Shown here piece after piece: positions 1-13,234 of a DNA stretch of 64,000 bases. The notes below the pieces were generated by a model. It saw nothing but the letters and a program-made list of their open reading frames with translations. It was not told where the DNA came from and did not search any database. The stretch comes from Octopus sinensis (lineage: Eukaryota): NCBI RefSeq assembly GCF_006345805.1, contig NW_021831822.1, positions 7,108 through 71,107 of the forward strand. The letters are read 5' to 3'. The stretch's first letter is position 1. Each line of letters begins with the position of its first letter. Made by a program: the position numbers and the translations under genes.

Positions 1-1996
1 GATCGTCTTCCTTACGAATTTTATAAGAGTATGCCAGACTTGTTCGGGAACATACTGGCCGGTGTATACGTGAACTGGCAGCAAAACGGGAGAATTCCCA
101 AATCTGTGAGGCGGGGAGTAGTGACATTGATCAGGAAGGACCCGAGCAAGGGGAATGAAAATAACTTTAGGCCTATAACTCTGCTAAACACAGAGTTAAA
201 GATTTTGGACAAGGTGTTAGCCAAGAGAGTGAAGCTTGTCGTGGGCGACCTGGTGAGAGAGGCACAGACATGTGCCATCCCAGGTAGGACAATACACGAC
301 AACCTTCACCTCAAACGCTACACTGTAGCGCGAGTGGATAAAGTTTCTGGCAAAAGGGAGGACACTGGTGAATTTAGACCAGTCTAAGGCATTCGATAGG
401 GTTAACCATCGGTATCTGGCGGCGGTCAGATTGAGCCCGACTTTCCGTGGATGGGTCAATGCTACGTACAGCAACATCGATTCAATCGTCCGGGTGAACG
501 GTGTCTTCTGGAAGCCGTTCGCTATCAAGCGTTCAGTTCGCCAGGGCTGCCCCCTGTCTCCGCTTCTGTATGCATTGGCTCTTGAGCCACAGCTGCAGAG
601 GTCGGAGGCCACAATGGGGAGGGGAAGACCCGCGTGATCTATGTCACGATAGGAGAGCGACGGCATATGCGGATGGTGCCACCATCATCGTGTCTGATGA
701 AGGGCAGCTACCTCATGTAGAAAACACCATAAAAAGATACGAAGTGATGGCAGGGGCAAAAATTAACCAGGAAAAATCCGTCGGCTTGCAACTCGGCACG
801 TGAAGGAGCAAGTCGATCCCTCCCAACAGCGTCGTGGGACGCTGGACGGAGGGCCCGGTTAAACTGCTCGGGGTCTGGTTTGGGCCAGATCTCCAGATGG
901 AAAAAAACTGGAGCGAGGTCACAGGCAAGATGACGGCCATGACCCAGGCTTGGTCTGGGAGGTCACTATCCTTGCTAGGGAAGGCCGAGGTTACACAGAT
1001 GTTTATAGCATCTGTGATAACCTAGCGCCTTGCCCCGGTGTGTGGATGACCAAGCTAGAACGGATCCTTTTCCAGTTTTTGTGGAATAGGAAACCACCAC
1101 TTGTGAGGCGCTCCATCTGCTGCCAGAAACCGTTAAAGGGTGGGTTTGGGATGCCTTGGCTGATGATGCGCATGTAGAGCACATGTCCGACGACGTCCTG
1201 GGGGAGAATTTAGGCTTCGATGAGGAACAGCTTGTCAACTTGTTCGGAAGAACATTCGGGCCGAGGTATCTGGACAACTTCCAGAAATCCCTGGCGCCTG
1301 GTTGTGCTACCGATCGGCCTTGCCAGTCCGACAGAGGTTGTCAAGGGATGGTGCTGGTACCTCACCCACATGCCCAAGGTGTGGGCATGTCAGTGAAACT
1401 GTCACGCACTCCTTCATACATTGTGAGGAACTAAGGGGACTGATAACCTATGACGAAATCGACGGTTATCGACTGAGTCTATCATCAAGATTGTGTCGTC
1501 TGCCTCCTTTAACAAGGAAAAGGAGGCGTCATTTTTCTGCGTAGTCGCCGTATTGAAAGAGACAGAATGGGTGAGGCGTAGAAGAGGAATCGAGACAGAC
1601 AACTTTATCTCCGGACACGGGTCGTTTAGTATTTTTAACTACTACCTATCCAGAAAGATCAGTCTGGAGAAAAGGGGCCTGCCTCGAAGAACGCTTGAGA
1701 ATAGATGGACAAATGTCGTAAGGAAGTTGAGAGTGAATGGGGCCGCGCTAGTGTAGCCGGTCTGAACGGAAATGAAGGGGGGAAAACAGAAGAAAAAACA
1801 ACAAAAAGGTATTATAAAAAATGAAAAAGACCGGCGGGTCGAACACGAACCCGGAAAATATATCATCGTTTAATTTATAAATTCATTTCGATTTTTAGAC
1901 GAAAAAACTAATGTATAACCCCAGCCCCTAAATGTTTTTTGTTTTGTCTTTATGCTGTCCCCTCTGTGTCATGGTCTGTGTACCAAATAAAAGAAA
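1..1996 (+). mobile_element. Tx1/L1-clade LINE, degenerate ORF2 (RT to C-terminus) plus 3' UTR; 5' part lies outside the window
   Basis: Frameshifted RT motifs NFRPITLLNTELKIL, LDQSKAFDRVNH, SVRQGCPLSPLLYALALEP, AYADGATII and KLLGVWFGPD. Zinc-finger-like CPRCG..ETVTHSFIHC. Stop at about 1756, then a 3' UTR ending AATAAAAGAAA at 1986-1996. Confidence 0.9.
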
Positions 1997-2720
1997 TTAG
2001 TGAGTGAAAATCCGGGTTAGAGAGAGCGACCATCAGTTAGTGAACGGACCACTAGAATCATGGCCACAAGCAGGCAGCCACAAGCAGGCAGCCACAAGCA
2101 GGCAAACGGCCGGAGGGGAGAAGACAGTTACAATCAGTGACTTCCCTCGACTCTCTCACTATCATTAGCTCAGCTCACTTTCTACTTAGAACGTTTCCCC
2201 ATCTCTGTTTGTAATTACTACTACACAATGACGAGAATACAAACACAAACTATACAAGGAAAATCTACGACAGCTATCTTTACTTGGCGTGTTTTCGATT
2301 TTATCACCTGCCCGTCGAGGCAAGGTATTTTACAATGTAACGGTGAAATAAATAATTCCTTAAAACTTCATGCATTCTTCAGTTTTCACATCTTACAACA
2401 ATGCCATTACATTTAAATTCCAACCGTACAAATTCATAAACCTCTACCGCCACCCCGACATTGCTCAATTACATCCATTCTACTGAGTATCAACCATCGT
2501 TTATCGTATTATTGTGTACCAAATTATTTCCAACCGTTGTAAAAAAAATTAATCCTCAACCGTTACAAATTGGTGACCCCACCGTTACAGGATTAGAAGT
2601 AGAAATGAAGAGCTTTAAGCTTAACCGTTTTCTCATTGCCTTTCATTCTCTATGCCCTGACTATTGTTATACTAAACTTGGTGAGTATTTAAGCAATGCG
2701 TTCGTGGGTTGTGAATTGTT

Positions 2721-2773
2721 GGATGTGGTGTTGATGAAGGCGGAATAACTCTCTGAAACATGTCTAGACATCC
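2721..2773 (+). ncRNA. Decayed minimal hammerhead ribozyme-like motif (probable PLE terminal-repeat remnant)
   Basis: GGATGT..TTGATGA-AGG..CT-GAA-ACATGT-C-TAGACATCC. The core has a C3U change and stem II is weak; stem III is the palindrome ACATGT and GGATGT/ACATCC forms a partial stem I. Confidence 0.35.
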
Positions 2774-2875
2774 ATTGCCGATTTTATCTCTCTTGCATTG
2801 TTTATATCGGTGTATTCGTATATGAAACGTCACAACTTTCGGTGTTGTCTCGCATTTCTACAGAAAATCTATCTA

Positions 2876-3251
2876 GAGCACTCCGTCGGTTACGACGACG
2901 AGGGTTCCGGTTGATCCGAATCAACGGAACAGCCTGCTCGTGAAATTAACGTGTAAGTGGCTGAGCACTCCACAGACACGTGTACCCTTAACGTAGTTCT
3001 CGGGGGATATTCAGCGTGACACAGAGAGTGACGAGGCTGGCCCTTTGAAATACAGGTACAACAGAAACAGGATGTAAGAGACAGGATGTGGTGAAAGAGT
3101 ACAGCAGGGATCGCCACCACCCCCTGCCGGAGCCTCGTGGAGCTTTAGATGTTTTCGCTCAATAAACACTCACAACGCCCGGTCTGGGAATCGAAACCGC
3201 GATCCTACGACCGCGAGTCCGCTGCTCTAACCACTGGGCCATTGCGCCTCC
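2876..3251 (-). mobile_element. Full-length tRNA-derived SINE
   Basis: Minus-strand head GGAGGCGCAATGGCCCAGTGGTTAGAGC...GGTTTCGATTCCC carries A and B boxes. The duplicated flank AGAAAATCTAT at about 2862 and 3253 looks like a TSD. Confidence 0.85.
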
Positions 3252-3659
3252 GAGAAAATCTATAGACATAAACTAAAATGTATAACTGTTGCATCTATAC
3301 CAAAGGTTCACATACGGCCATCATTTCTAGAAGAAGTTATCAAAGACCAGTTATCTTCACCGATTCTTTCAGTTCGTCTCATCTTCCAGTGTTCTTCCCT
3401 TCATCTGTTATCATATCTCTGATCCGCAGACATTGTTGCCTCACTCTTACTCTTCAAAATGATCAGGCCTGTCTGTTTTTTCTATCCCTCCTCCGATTTA
3501 TGACATCCCTCTAATCTTACTTTTAGGAGAAATAAGAAAAAAAGGTTAAATAAGATAGGGAGGGTAACCTTTCCTTCCAGTGATAACAGTGACGGGAGAA
3601 AGAGGCAGATATAAAGAGCAAAACCAAATGAACAAAAGATTCTTTGCGCTCTCACCTCA

Positions 3660-4222
3660 CGCCTCCCAGATCACTGCTGCCTGTACCGGCATCAGATGAA
3701 GACTGCAACATATTTTTCGAACAGATCCCTCTACTAAAGACTCGAACAGGTCCCTTGTTAACTTGCGTGACGGACAATGCAGTATAGTTATATCTTCGAA
3801 CCCTTTTCATATTGTGGTTTGTGGTGGTCTTGTTTGCGCTTGTCGCCAAATTGGTCCAGCAATATGGGGATTCTCCGAAGGATCTCCGAAGGTATGCTCC
3901 TCGGAAATCAGTGATTTTTCTCCAAGCTGAGTCGCTACTTCCCCGCTTTGGGATATCACAGCACCGGCATACAGACAGGGAAGAATTGCTAGACAGATTC
4001 TTGAAGCCATGTCAGTCGGCAGGAGGCCTAGGGTTAGACTGCAAACGAGATGGTTGGATAATATCCATAGCCACACTTCGTAATGCATGGGAATCTATCC
4101 AGAAAATCTAAGGAAGGTTGCTTCTGATTGGACCCTATGGAGAAGGCACATGAGGATTCTATCCTACGACCCTCCGAGGAATAATGGATGAAGATAGCTA
4201 GATGGAATTGAATAAATAAACG
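3660..4222 (+). mobile_element. RTE-clade LINE 3' fragment, degenerate
   Basis: Translates, with stops and frameshifts, to VGRRPRVRLQTRWLDNI...PENLRKVASDWTLWRR, typical of an RTE ORF2 C-terminus. A short repeat tail follows. Confidence 0.6.
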
Positions 4223-4700
4223 GGATGAATGATAGAAGACATTTTGTAAGAGCAGATATAAAACGGTCTGCGTCAAAATATGATTCTAGTTCAATGAAGG
4301 TGCTGTTTCACAGTTGCGCAGCAGGTGCAGCACAATGCATCTGCATTTCCCGATTATCTCTGATCTAGTGTTTACGTGGAAGACTTGATTAGGAAGATTT
4401 TCAAGATTTCTTCTTTGCTTGCCAGGCACAAATCACACATTTTACGTGCAATTAATCAACAACTCTATACATTGAGTACTAAAGAGGTTTTGAAAATTTG
4501 ATATTATTTATCAAGCCTGAAACCACACGCGCGCGCACATACGAAGACAAATACACACACACACACACACACACACGAAATACTGTAATTGAATTCCATC
4601 AATAATTAACACAACACTGCCTTGTATAATAGGTTTTGTATTTCCATCACAGTATGGTTACTTTGGTGATATATTCTTCTTCTTCTTCTTCTTCTTCTTC

Positions 4701-4764
<64 letters not shown>

Positions 4765-5104
4765 ACTTGCAGTTAGAAATCATCATCTCTATTACAACCA
4801 CCACCACTACCACCACCACTACCACCACCCCACCACCACTACCACCACCACTACCACCACCACCACCATCACCACCACCACCATCACCACCACCACCACT
4901 ACCACCACCACCACTACCACCACCACCACCACCACCACTACTAAACTGTTTTACGATATTCCTATAACTGTTTCTTAGTAATTTACCGTCTAATCAAGTT
5001 TTAATTTTCATTTGGACAATTAAATATTAATTAAATCGCCGACACCACCAACATTAGCATTAATGCCACCATAACTACTACGAAACACAGCGACAATGAC
5101 GGTG

Positions 5105-5690
5105 GCCTCTGGATGATAGCCAGACAGTTTAGAAATAGCAGCCAAATCCCCCGCATATTATGCTCAACAGTCTTTTGTATGTATATATATACATATGAGC
5201 CGAAGAGGAGGTCTCTAGACCAGTGGTTTTCAACCAGGGTTCCGCGGAACCTTAGGGTTCCGCCAGTACAGTCCAGGGGTTCCGCAAGAAGTTACAAAAC
5301 TGCTAAAATCGGCAGTAATTTTAAATTTTCCTGTGCAGATATGTGTGCATAAGACTATTAAATTATTGCACAGGGGTTCCTCGAGCCAGTGGAATGTTTC
5401 CTTGGGGTTCCGCTCCAGCAAAAAGTTTGAAAAGCACTGCTCTAGACGATAGGTATTCATGGTAGAAATAGCAGCCAAAGCTCCAACAAATCACACCTTA
5501 CGAACGTATATATGTATGAGCCAAAAATGGAGACCTCTACATGGTAGCTAGACCTGGTAGAAATAGCAGCCGAATCACCCTCAAATAATATCTTACTGTC
5601 TTATGTATGTATGAGACAATGAGGAAGACTCCCTCTATATGGTAGATAGGCTTGATGGAAATAGCAGTCAAATCTGCCTTTCACGGGCTG
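5105..5690 (+). repeat. Short tandem array (4 units of about 95-105 bp) of a dispersed repeat; also at about 9905-10070 (-) and 17695-17830 (-)
   Basis: TAGAAATAGCAGCC-like motif recurs at 5130, 5463, 5558 and 5656. Reverse-complement copies (GAGATTTGGCTGC..CTACCAGGTCTAGCTACC) occur at the other two loci. Confidence 0.75.
5221..5439. mobile_element. hAT (Charlie-type) MITE, 219 bp
   Basis: TIRs CAGTGGTTTTCAA / TTGAAAAGCACTG. Perfect 8-bp TSD CTCTAGAC at 5213-5220 and 5440-5447, matching the NTCTAGAN target of Charlie-type hATs. Confidence 0.93.
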
Positions 5691-6714
5691 CACTCTGTTG
5701 CAGTTATCAGAGCTAGGTTTCTGGTTCGAAGTTAACATCCTCCTCTCGCTTGTGTCGGTGGTGGTGGCGTTGGTGGAGGGGTTGCAAAGTATTCAAGGTA
5801 GGAATAAAAGGTAAAATGGAGCCTAGGAAGTTTTAGAAATTGAAAACATAAGGCTCAAAACAGGTGATACGGGTAGGTGGGATGATGTTGAATTCATATG
5901 GTCACTGGAGGACAAGATATCTGATGTTGGGTTGCAGAGGTGATTGATGCAACCGTGTAGTTCTTTTCAATTCTTTGTCTACTGTTTAAAAATTGATGTT
6001 AAACTGTTTATCACACACCTCAATAACAACAACAGCGATAAATAGGAAAATTGCTACATCAAACATTTGCTTCTCGTACAGCGGTCGTGTAGTAAGTAGA
6101 CACTCAGCCCAAAATAGTAACCGGTATTAAATTACACAAGCTTGATATTTCGTTTATATACGTTAAAATCATGTGTATTTGGGAACCTAGAATTGTACCA
6201 AAGGGATACTGAAGTGTTAATATAAGAGATAGTCTAGTTAAAACTCAAGTGAGCTTTAAAATAGAGACACGTGGTTTGAAATGTAGCGAATATCAGAAAA
6301 TACTCACGGTAAAGAAATGATACCAAAGTGTAAACTACACTACAATATTACGGTACCACTCTACATATCCTTCAAATAACAACCACACCAAACCCCTAGA
6401 TTAACGAATGAAAGACGACACGGGAGTTTGGCCCTAAGGAATGATTTAATAGGCGTGGATATTAGGGACAGCCTCCAAGGCACCAATGGGTATGGAGTCC
6501 AGGGAAGGAGGGGTCAAGAAGCCAAGATAGGATCAATTCTATATGTGACACTATCCAAAACGCAAGATCCAGATATAAAATGAACCAGGAGACAAAGAAA
6601 TTGAGACGAGATTATTGAAGAACATCGCGAATTGATGGGCAGAAAGAGAGCAGACACAAAAAAGAGGATATTGCAAAGAGGTAGAGACACCACACAGCAA
6701 AAGTACAAGAACTT

Positions 6715-7830
6715 CAAGCACGCCTCCCGCCCACCATCCGCACCACACACCCTTCACCGCACCACACTCCCTCCATCCGCACCACACACCCTCCATCCGC
6801 ACCACACACCCTTCACCGCACCACACTCCCTCCATCCACACCACACACCCTCCATCCGCACCACACACCCTTCACCGCACCACACTCCCTCCACCCGCAC
6901 CACACACCCTCCGTCCACACCACACAGCCTCCATCCGCACCACACACCCTTCACCGCACCACACTCCCTCCATCCGCACCACACACCCTCCGTCCACACC
7001 ACACGCCCTCCATCTGCACCACACACCCTTCACCGCACCACACCCCCTCCATCCGCATCACACCCCCTCTGTCCACACCACACGCTCACCATCCGCACCA
7101 CACCCCCTCCATCCACACTACACGCTCACCATCTGCACCACACCCCCTCCATCCGCACCACACCCCCTCCATCCGCACTACACCCCTCCATCCGCACCAC
7201 ACGTTCACCATCCGCACCACACCCCCTCCATCCGCTCCACAAACCCTCCACCCGCACCACACACCCTCCGTCCGCACCACACAACCTCTGTGCACACCAC
7301 ACACCCTCCATCCGCACCACACACCCTCAGTCCACACCACACCCCCTCCATCCGCACCACAAACCCTCCATCCGCTCCACACACCTCCATCCGCACCACA
7401 AACCCTCCACCCGCACCACACACCCTTCGCCGCACCACAAACCCTCCATCCACTCCACAAACCCTCCATCCACACCACACACTCTCCACCCGCACCACAC
7501 ACCCTCCATCCGCACCACAAACCTTCCACCCGCACCACACACCCCTCCATCCACACCACAAACCCTCCATCCACTCCACAAACCCTCCACCCGCACTACA
7601 CACCCCTCCATCCCCACCACAAACCCTCCATCCACTCCACAAACCCTCCATCCGCACCACAAACCCTCCATCCTCTCCACACACCCTCCATCCGCTCCAC
7701 ACCCCCTCCATCCGCTCCACACACTCTCCACTCACACCCACGCCCTCAGTCCACACCACTCGCCCTCCACCACACACCCTCCATCCACCCCACCCGCCAT
7801 CCGCCTGACAGTCCCCCCCACACACACACA
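6715..7830. repeat. C/A-rich minisatellite (CCCTCCATCCGCACCACACA-like unit, about 17-20 bp)
   Basis: About 1.1 kb of visible tandem variant units. It accounts for the long His/Pro/Thr and Gly/Val/Trp ORFs in the track. Confidence 0.9.
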
Positions 7831-8370
7831 TTTTCTAGTGCACTGGGTGGGATATACAATAGTACACTACAATCCTTTTCCCCGCACGTGTGCAGCATAC
7901 TACTACTACTATTACTACTACTACTACTTCACTGCAGAATGTTGTGTAATACCACCTCCCCCCCACGACGCATCGTATTACCCCCTACAATGCCCCGTCA
8001 TCACCACTTTGTCTCTATCCACAAGGTGTGATATTTTTAGCTCCCAAGCGTCATATTTCATAGCTGCTTTTTCATTGGCCACAAACAGCTTTCGTATCAC
8101 ATACGTCATGGGTGTATTTAATATCAGCTTGTGATGACGTCAGCAGTGACTGATATCCCACAGGGACTGTTGTGGTTATCAAGTGTTATTGGCGTATCTT
8201 CCAAACATTCACTCACTCCCCCCTCTCTCTCTCTCTCTCTCTCTCTCGCGCTCTTTCTCGGTCTCTGTCTCTTTTCCTCTCTTTCTCTCTTCTTACTCAC
8301 ACACACGCACACTCAGCGCAGCCGCAGTTTTGTCGTCATAGATAACGATATATGTATGGGAACGGGTTCA

Positions 8371-8785
8371 GTGGTGGTGTTGGTGGTGGTAGTGGTGGTG
8401 GTGGTGGTGGTGGTGGTGGTGGCGGTGGTAGTGGTAGTGTTGGTGGTGGTGGTGTTGGTGTTGGTGTTGGTGGTGTTGGTGGTGGTGGTGGTGGTGTTGG
8501 TGGTGGTGTTGGTGGTGTTGGTGGTGGTGGTGGTGGTGGTGGTGTTGGTGTTGGTGGTGGTGGTGGTAGTAGCGCTGGTAGTGGTGGTTGTGGTGGTGTT
8601 GGTGTTGGTGTTGGTGGTGGTAGCGGTGGTGGTAGCGGTGTTGGTGTTGGTGGTGGTGGTGGTGGTGGTGGTGGTACTGGTGGTTGTGGTGGTGGTGGTG
8701 GGGTTGGGGGTTGGGGTGGTGGTGTGGTGTTGGTGTTGGTGTTGGTGTTGGTGTTGGTGTTGTTGTTGTTGGTGGTGGTGGTGGT
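8371..8785. repeat. (GGT)n/(GGTGTT)n compound microsatellite
   Basis: Directly visible. Confidence 0.95.
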
Positions 8786-9125
8786 ATGAAGGCATCCTAA
8801 CGCAGATGGACGAATGGACGGACACACACCAAAAGTAAAAGACAGATAGATAGGTCGATGGGTAGATGAAGAAATAGGGAGACACTGATTGAGAGAATGA
8901 GAAAGTGAGGGAGAGATTAGGTGCACGATAAGAGCAGGGAGAGGAGGGACCTAGCGTCAGCCATAGATTCACACCTATTCCTCACTTCCTCTCAATCGAT
9001 CTATCCATCTATCTATCCGTCTGTCTATCAATCTATCGATTTGTTTATCTCTCCTTCTGTCTCTCTGTCTGTCTGTTTCTCGCCTTTCCCTCCCCCTCTC
9101 TCGCTCGCTCGCTCTCTCTATCACT

Positions 9126-9900
<775 letters not shown>

Positions 9901-10079
9901 TGATCTAAGGGAGATTTGGCTGCCATATCTACCAGGTCTAGCTACCTTGTAAAGGTCTCCCTTATTTGCTTTATGTACATGTATACATACGTAAAGCAAT
10001 AAGGTGTGACTTGAGGGAGATTTGGTTGCTCTTTCTACCAGTTCTAGCTACCATATTGAGTTCTCTCGCATTGGTTAGT

Positions 10080-10154
<75 letters not shown>

Positions 10155-10158
<4 letters not shown>

Positions 10159-11870
10159 GACTTCTTTGCCGCCTCACCTATAACCAGCGAGGTGGTTACA
10201 ATAGAATGTATTGACATTAGCGAAGAAGATGTCCTACTAGCCATAGATGAAGTGGACACAAACTCAACTGCTGGCCCTGATGGTTTCCTCAAAGTGTGTA
10301 AGCATGCCCTGGTAAAACCCCTCAAGATTCTCTTCCAGATCTTTCTTACAAATGGCAAACTGCCAAGCAACCTGAAGGAGGGAATAATATGCCCAATACA
10401 TAAAGGGGAAAGTAGAGCAGATGCCAAAAACTATAGGCCTATCACTCTGACTTCACACATCAGCAAAGTCATGGAACGGATAGTCAGAAAGAAACTAATC
10501 GCATTCCTTGAGGAAAATAACTTGCTGAGTGATACCCAGCATGGTTTTTGACCAGGTAGGAGCTGCCTGACCCAGCTCTTGCAACATTATGACTGGGTGT
10601 TGAGGTAGTTACTCAACAAATCAAATGTGAACGTAATCTACCTTGATTTTGCAAAAGCTTTTGACAAGGCGGATCATGGTATGATATGCCACAAACTGCA
10701 TGACCTCGGCATAGCTGGAAAACTTGGAGTGTGGTTACATGACTTCCTGAAAGATAGAAGTCAGGCAGTAGTGGTTCTGGAGCCACCTCTATGAACACGC
10801 AAACAGTGAGCGGTGTTCCACAGGGCACTGTCTTGGGACCACTGCTTTTTATAGTAGCCCTCTCAGATATGCCCTCAAATGCCCGGATAGCCACTCTGGC
10901 AAGCTATGTAGACGATACGAAAGTCTCGCAGAAAATACAGAACCCAGCGATGTTGCACACCTCCTGCAGCAGGAGTTGGACTCAATCTACAGATGGGCTG
11001 AGGATAATAATATGCAGTTTAATGCTGAAAAATTCCAGGCCCTGTGCTACCAGCATCCAAAACTGAATATTAAACTTACAGGATACACCGGTCCACAGGG
11101 AATATCAATCCCAGGGCCTAAGTCTGTGAGGGACCTGGGTATCGACATGGGTGAGGATACCTCTTTCCAAGTGCACATTACCAGGATGGCGACAAAGTGC
11201 AGACGACTGGCTGGATGGATCCTAAGAACATTCAGAACCAGAGATAAAGAAATCATGATGGTCCTCTGGCGGACATTCGGATTACTGCTCACAGCTATGG
11301 TCACCCACCAGTGTGAAATTAACAGTGGACCTTGAAGCAATCTAGAGAAGATTCACAAAGAGGACCGTCTCTTTGCAACAGCTCAGCTACTGGGAAAGGT
11401 TGAAACAGCTAAGACTCTACTCCCTGCAGAGAAAATGGGAAAGGTATGCAGTAATATATATCTGGAAGATCCTGGAAGGAATTGTGCCAAATTTTGGCAT
11501 TGTAAGCTACACCAATGCTAGAACGGGACGACAAAGCATAGTGCCAAAGATCCCAGCAATGCCATCACGCTTCAAGACCAGCTTCTGCAACAGCCTGGGT
11601 TTCAAGGGCCCACAGCCTTTTAATATTCTCTCAAAGAGTCTGAGGAACTTGCACAAAGTAGATGGAGCAGTTTTTAAATCAAAGTTGGACAGCTTTCTGT
11701 CGAGAGCCCCAGATGAACCTACCTCACGGTACGAGGTGCAAATGAGAGTAGCTATATCAAACTCCATTCTTCACCAAGTGCCACATATTAGAGGAGACTC
11801 TCAGTAATAACAGTGTAGCGCAAAACGGTGGTATCAGCATGGCCGCAGCTCTGAGGTGAAACAAGAAAAA
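10155..11870 (+). mobile_element. CR1/Jockey-group LINE, 5'-truncated, degenerate RT plus 3' end
   Basis: NYRPITLTSHISKVMERI, QHGF*PGRSCLTQL, YLDFAKAFDK, SGVPQGTVLGPLLF, YVDDTKV and LSYWERLKQLRLYSLQR. The 3' end is CGGTGGTATCAGCATGGCCGCAG..GAAACAAGAAAAA. Confidence 0.88.
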
Positions 11871-11895
11871 ATATATATATGTATATATATATATA

Positions 11896-12110
11896 TGTAG
11901 TTAATCCAAACAAGAAAGCACAAAAAACACAACAACGCGAGGACGTGGAACAAATATAGTATTGTTGGACGCTCAGGAAAGAAGGAAAGAAGGAGGGTTT
12001 AACGTTTCGAGCGGAGCTCTTCGTCGGAAACATAGGAGAAGGAAAGATCCAGAGAAGGGAAGACAGAAGGAAAAAATCGCCAACGGTACACACGCGGTCA
12101 CCTCCCCCCA
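11896..12110 (-). mobile_element. Solo PLE terminal-repeat-like element containing a hammerhead motif, flanked by (TA)n and (CT)n
   Basis: Contains the hammerhead at 11997-12031 and is bounded by simple repeats. No ORF. Confidence 0.55.
11997..12031 (-). ncRNA. Minimal type-I hammerhead ribozyme (core with U4C)
   Basis: Minus strand reads GTTT-CCGACGA-A-GAGC(TCC)GCTC-GAA-ACGT-T|AAAC. Stem I is GTTT/AAAC, stem II is GAGC/GCTC, stem III is the palindrome ACGT, and the cleavage triplet is GUU. Confidence 0.65.
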
Positions 12111-12139
12111 CCTCTTTCTCTCTCTCTCTCTCTCTCCCT

Positions 12140-12193
<54 letters not shown>

Positions 12194-12197
12194 TATA

Positions 12198-12224
<27 letters not shown>

Positions 12225-12237
<13 letters not shown>

Positions 12238-13171
12238 GACAGTTAGTCTGTCTGTGTGTCTGTTAGGTTGTACCCTCACCCTGACCACTGCTTTCAACCG
12301 ATTCTGATGAAACTTGACACACACATAGCCCAATGTCATAATTCAAAACTAACGCAGCGAAAATTTTGAAAAGTTCCCCCAGTTATAAAAAAAATCGATA
12401 AATTCAACATAGGGTCGAGAATCAGAAACACAAACCACAGACTGTCTAGGGGACGCAACTCGACCTTTTTATCTCTCAACTCCATCAATATCCAGCTACT
12501 TGAATCTATTCCTGGTGATGTCCACGTCTACAAATCTAATGATAGGACAGCAGATCCCGCCGAGCTTGCCGATTATCCTGTTGAATTCCTGAATTCACTT
12601 GAACCGCCAGGCCTGCCGCCACACATCCTGAAGTTAAAAGTCGGTGCGCCCATTATGCTCATCAGGAATTTGGTTCCACCTTAAAAGTGCAACGGCACAC
12701 GTCTGGTTGTGAAACATTTGCCACCACATTTAATAACGGCCACAATACTTACCGGTTGTGGGAAGGGAGAGGACGTCTTCATTCCACGCATGCGCCTTCA
12801 ACCGTCGGGCGCTGACCTACCAATCCACTTCAGGCGTTCTCAGTTTCCTGTTAAACTCTACTTCGCAACGTCCATCAATAAATCCCAAGGCCAAACGCTA
12901 CAAGTCGCTGGGTTACGCTTGGGCGAACAGTGCTTCGCCCACGGTCAACTCTACGTGGGCTGTTCACGCGTTGGGAGGCACAATGATGTTTTCATGTATT
13001 CGCCCAAAGGAACAGCTAGGAACATCGTATACACAGAAGTATTCGAGTGAAGAGAAGACATTGCAACCTACACATGCGCCTTCGTTCCCTAGAGGGAAAG
13101 GAGTAGATTGGGATTAGTCGTTGCCTACTAGGGGCTCTTACATACCCGGGCACGCCGGGCTATGCTGCTAG
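12225..13171 (+). mobile_element. Internally deleted Helitron: 5' end, Pif1-like helicase C-terminus (about 12470-13050) and 3' hairpin plus CTAG
   Basis: Helicase motifs YPVEFLNSLEPPGLPPHILKLKVGAPIMLIRNL, QFPVKLYFATSINKSQGQTL and HGQLYVGCSRV. Hairpin CATACCCGG-GCACG-CCGGGCTATG is followed by CTAG|T at 13168-13172. Confidence 0.9.
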
Positions 13172-13181
13172 TATATCTATA

Positions 13182-13234
<53 letters not shown>

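Noticed and set aside
6632-8134. 500-aa His/Pro/Thr-rich ORF and overlapping minus-strand ORFs
   Set aside because: They are translations of the C/A-rich minisatellite, open in several frames, with no domain signature.
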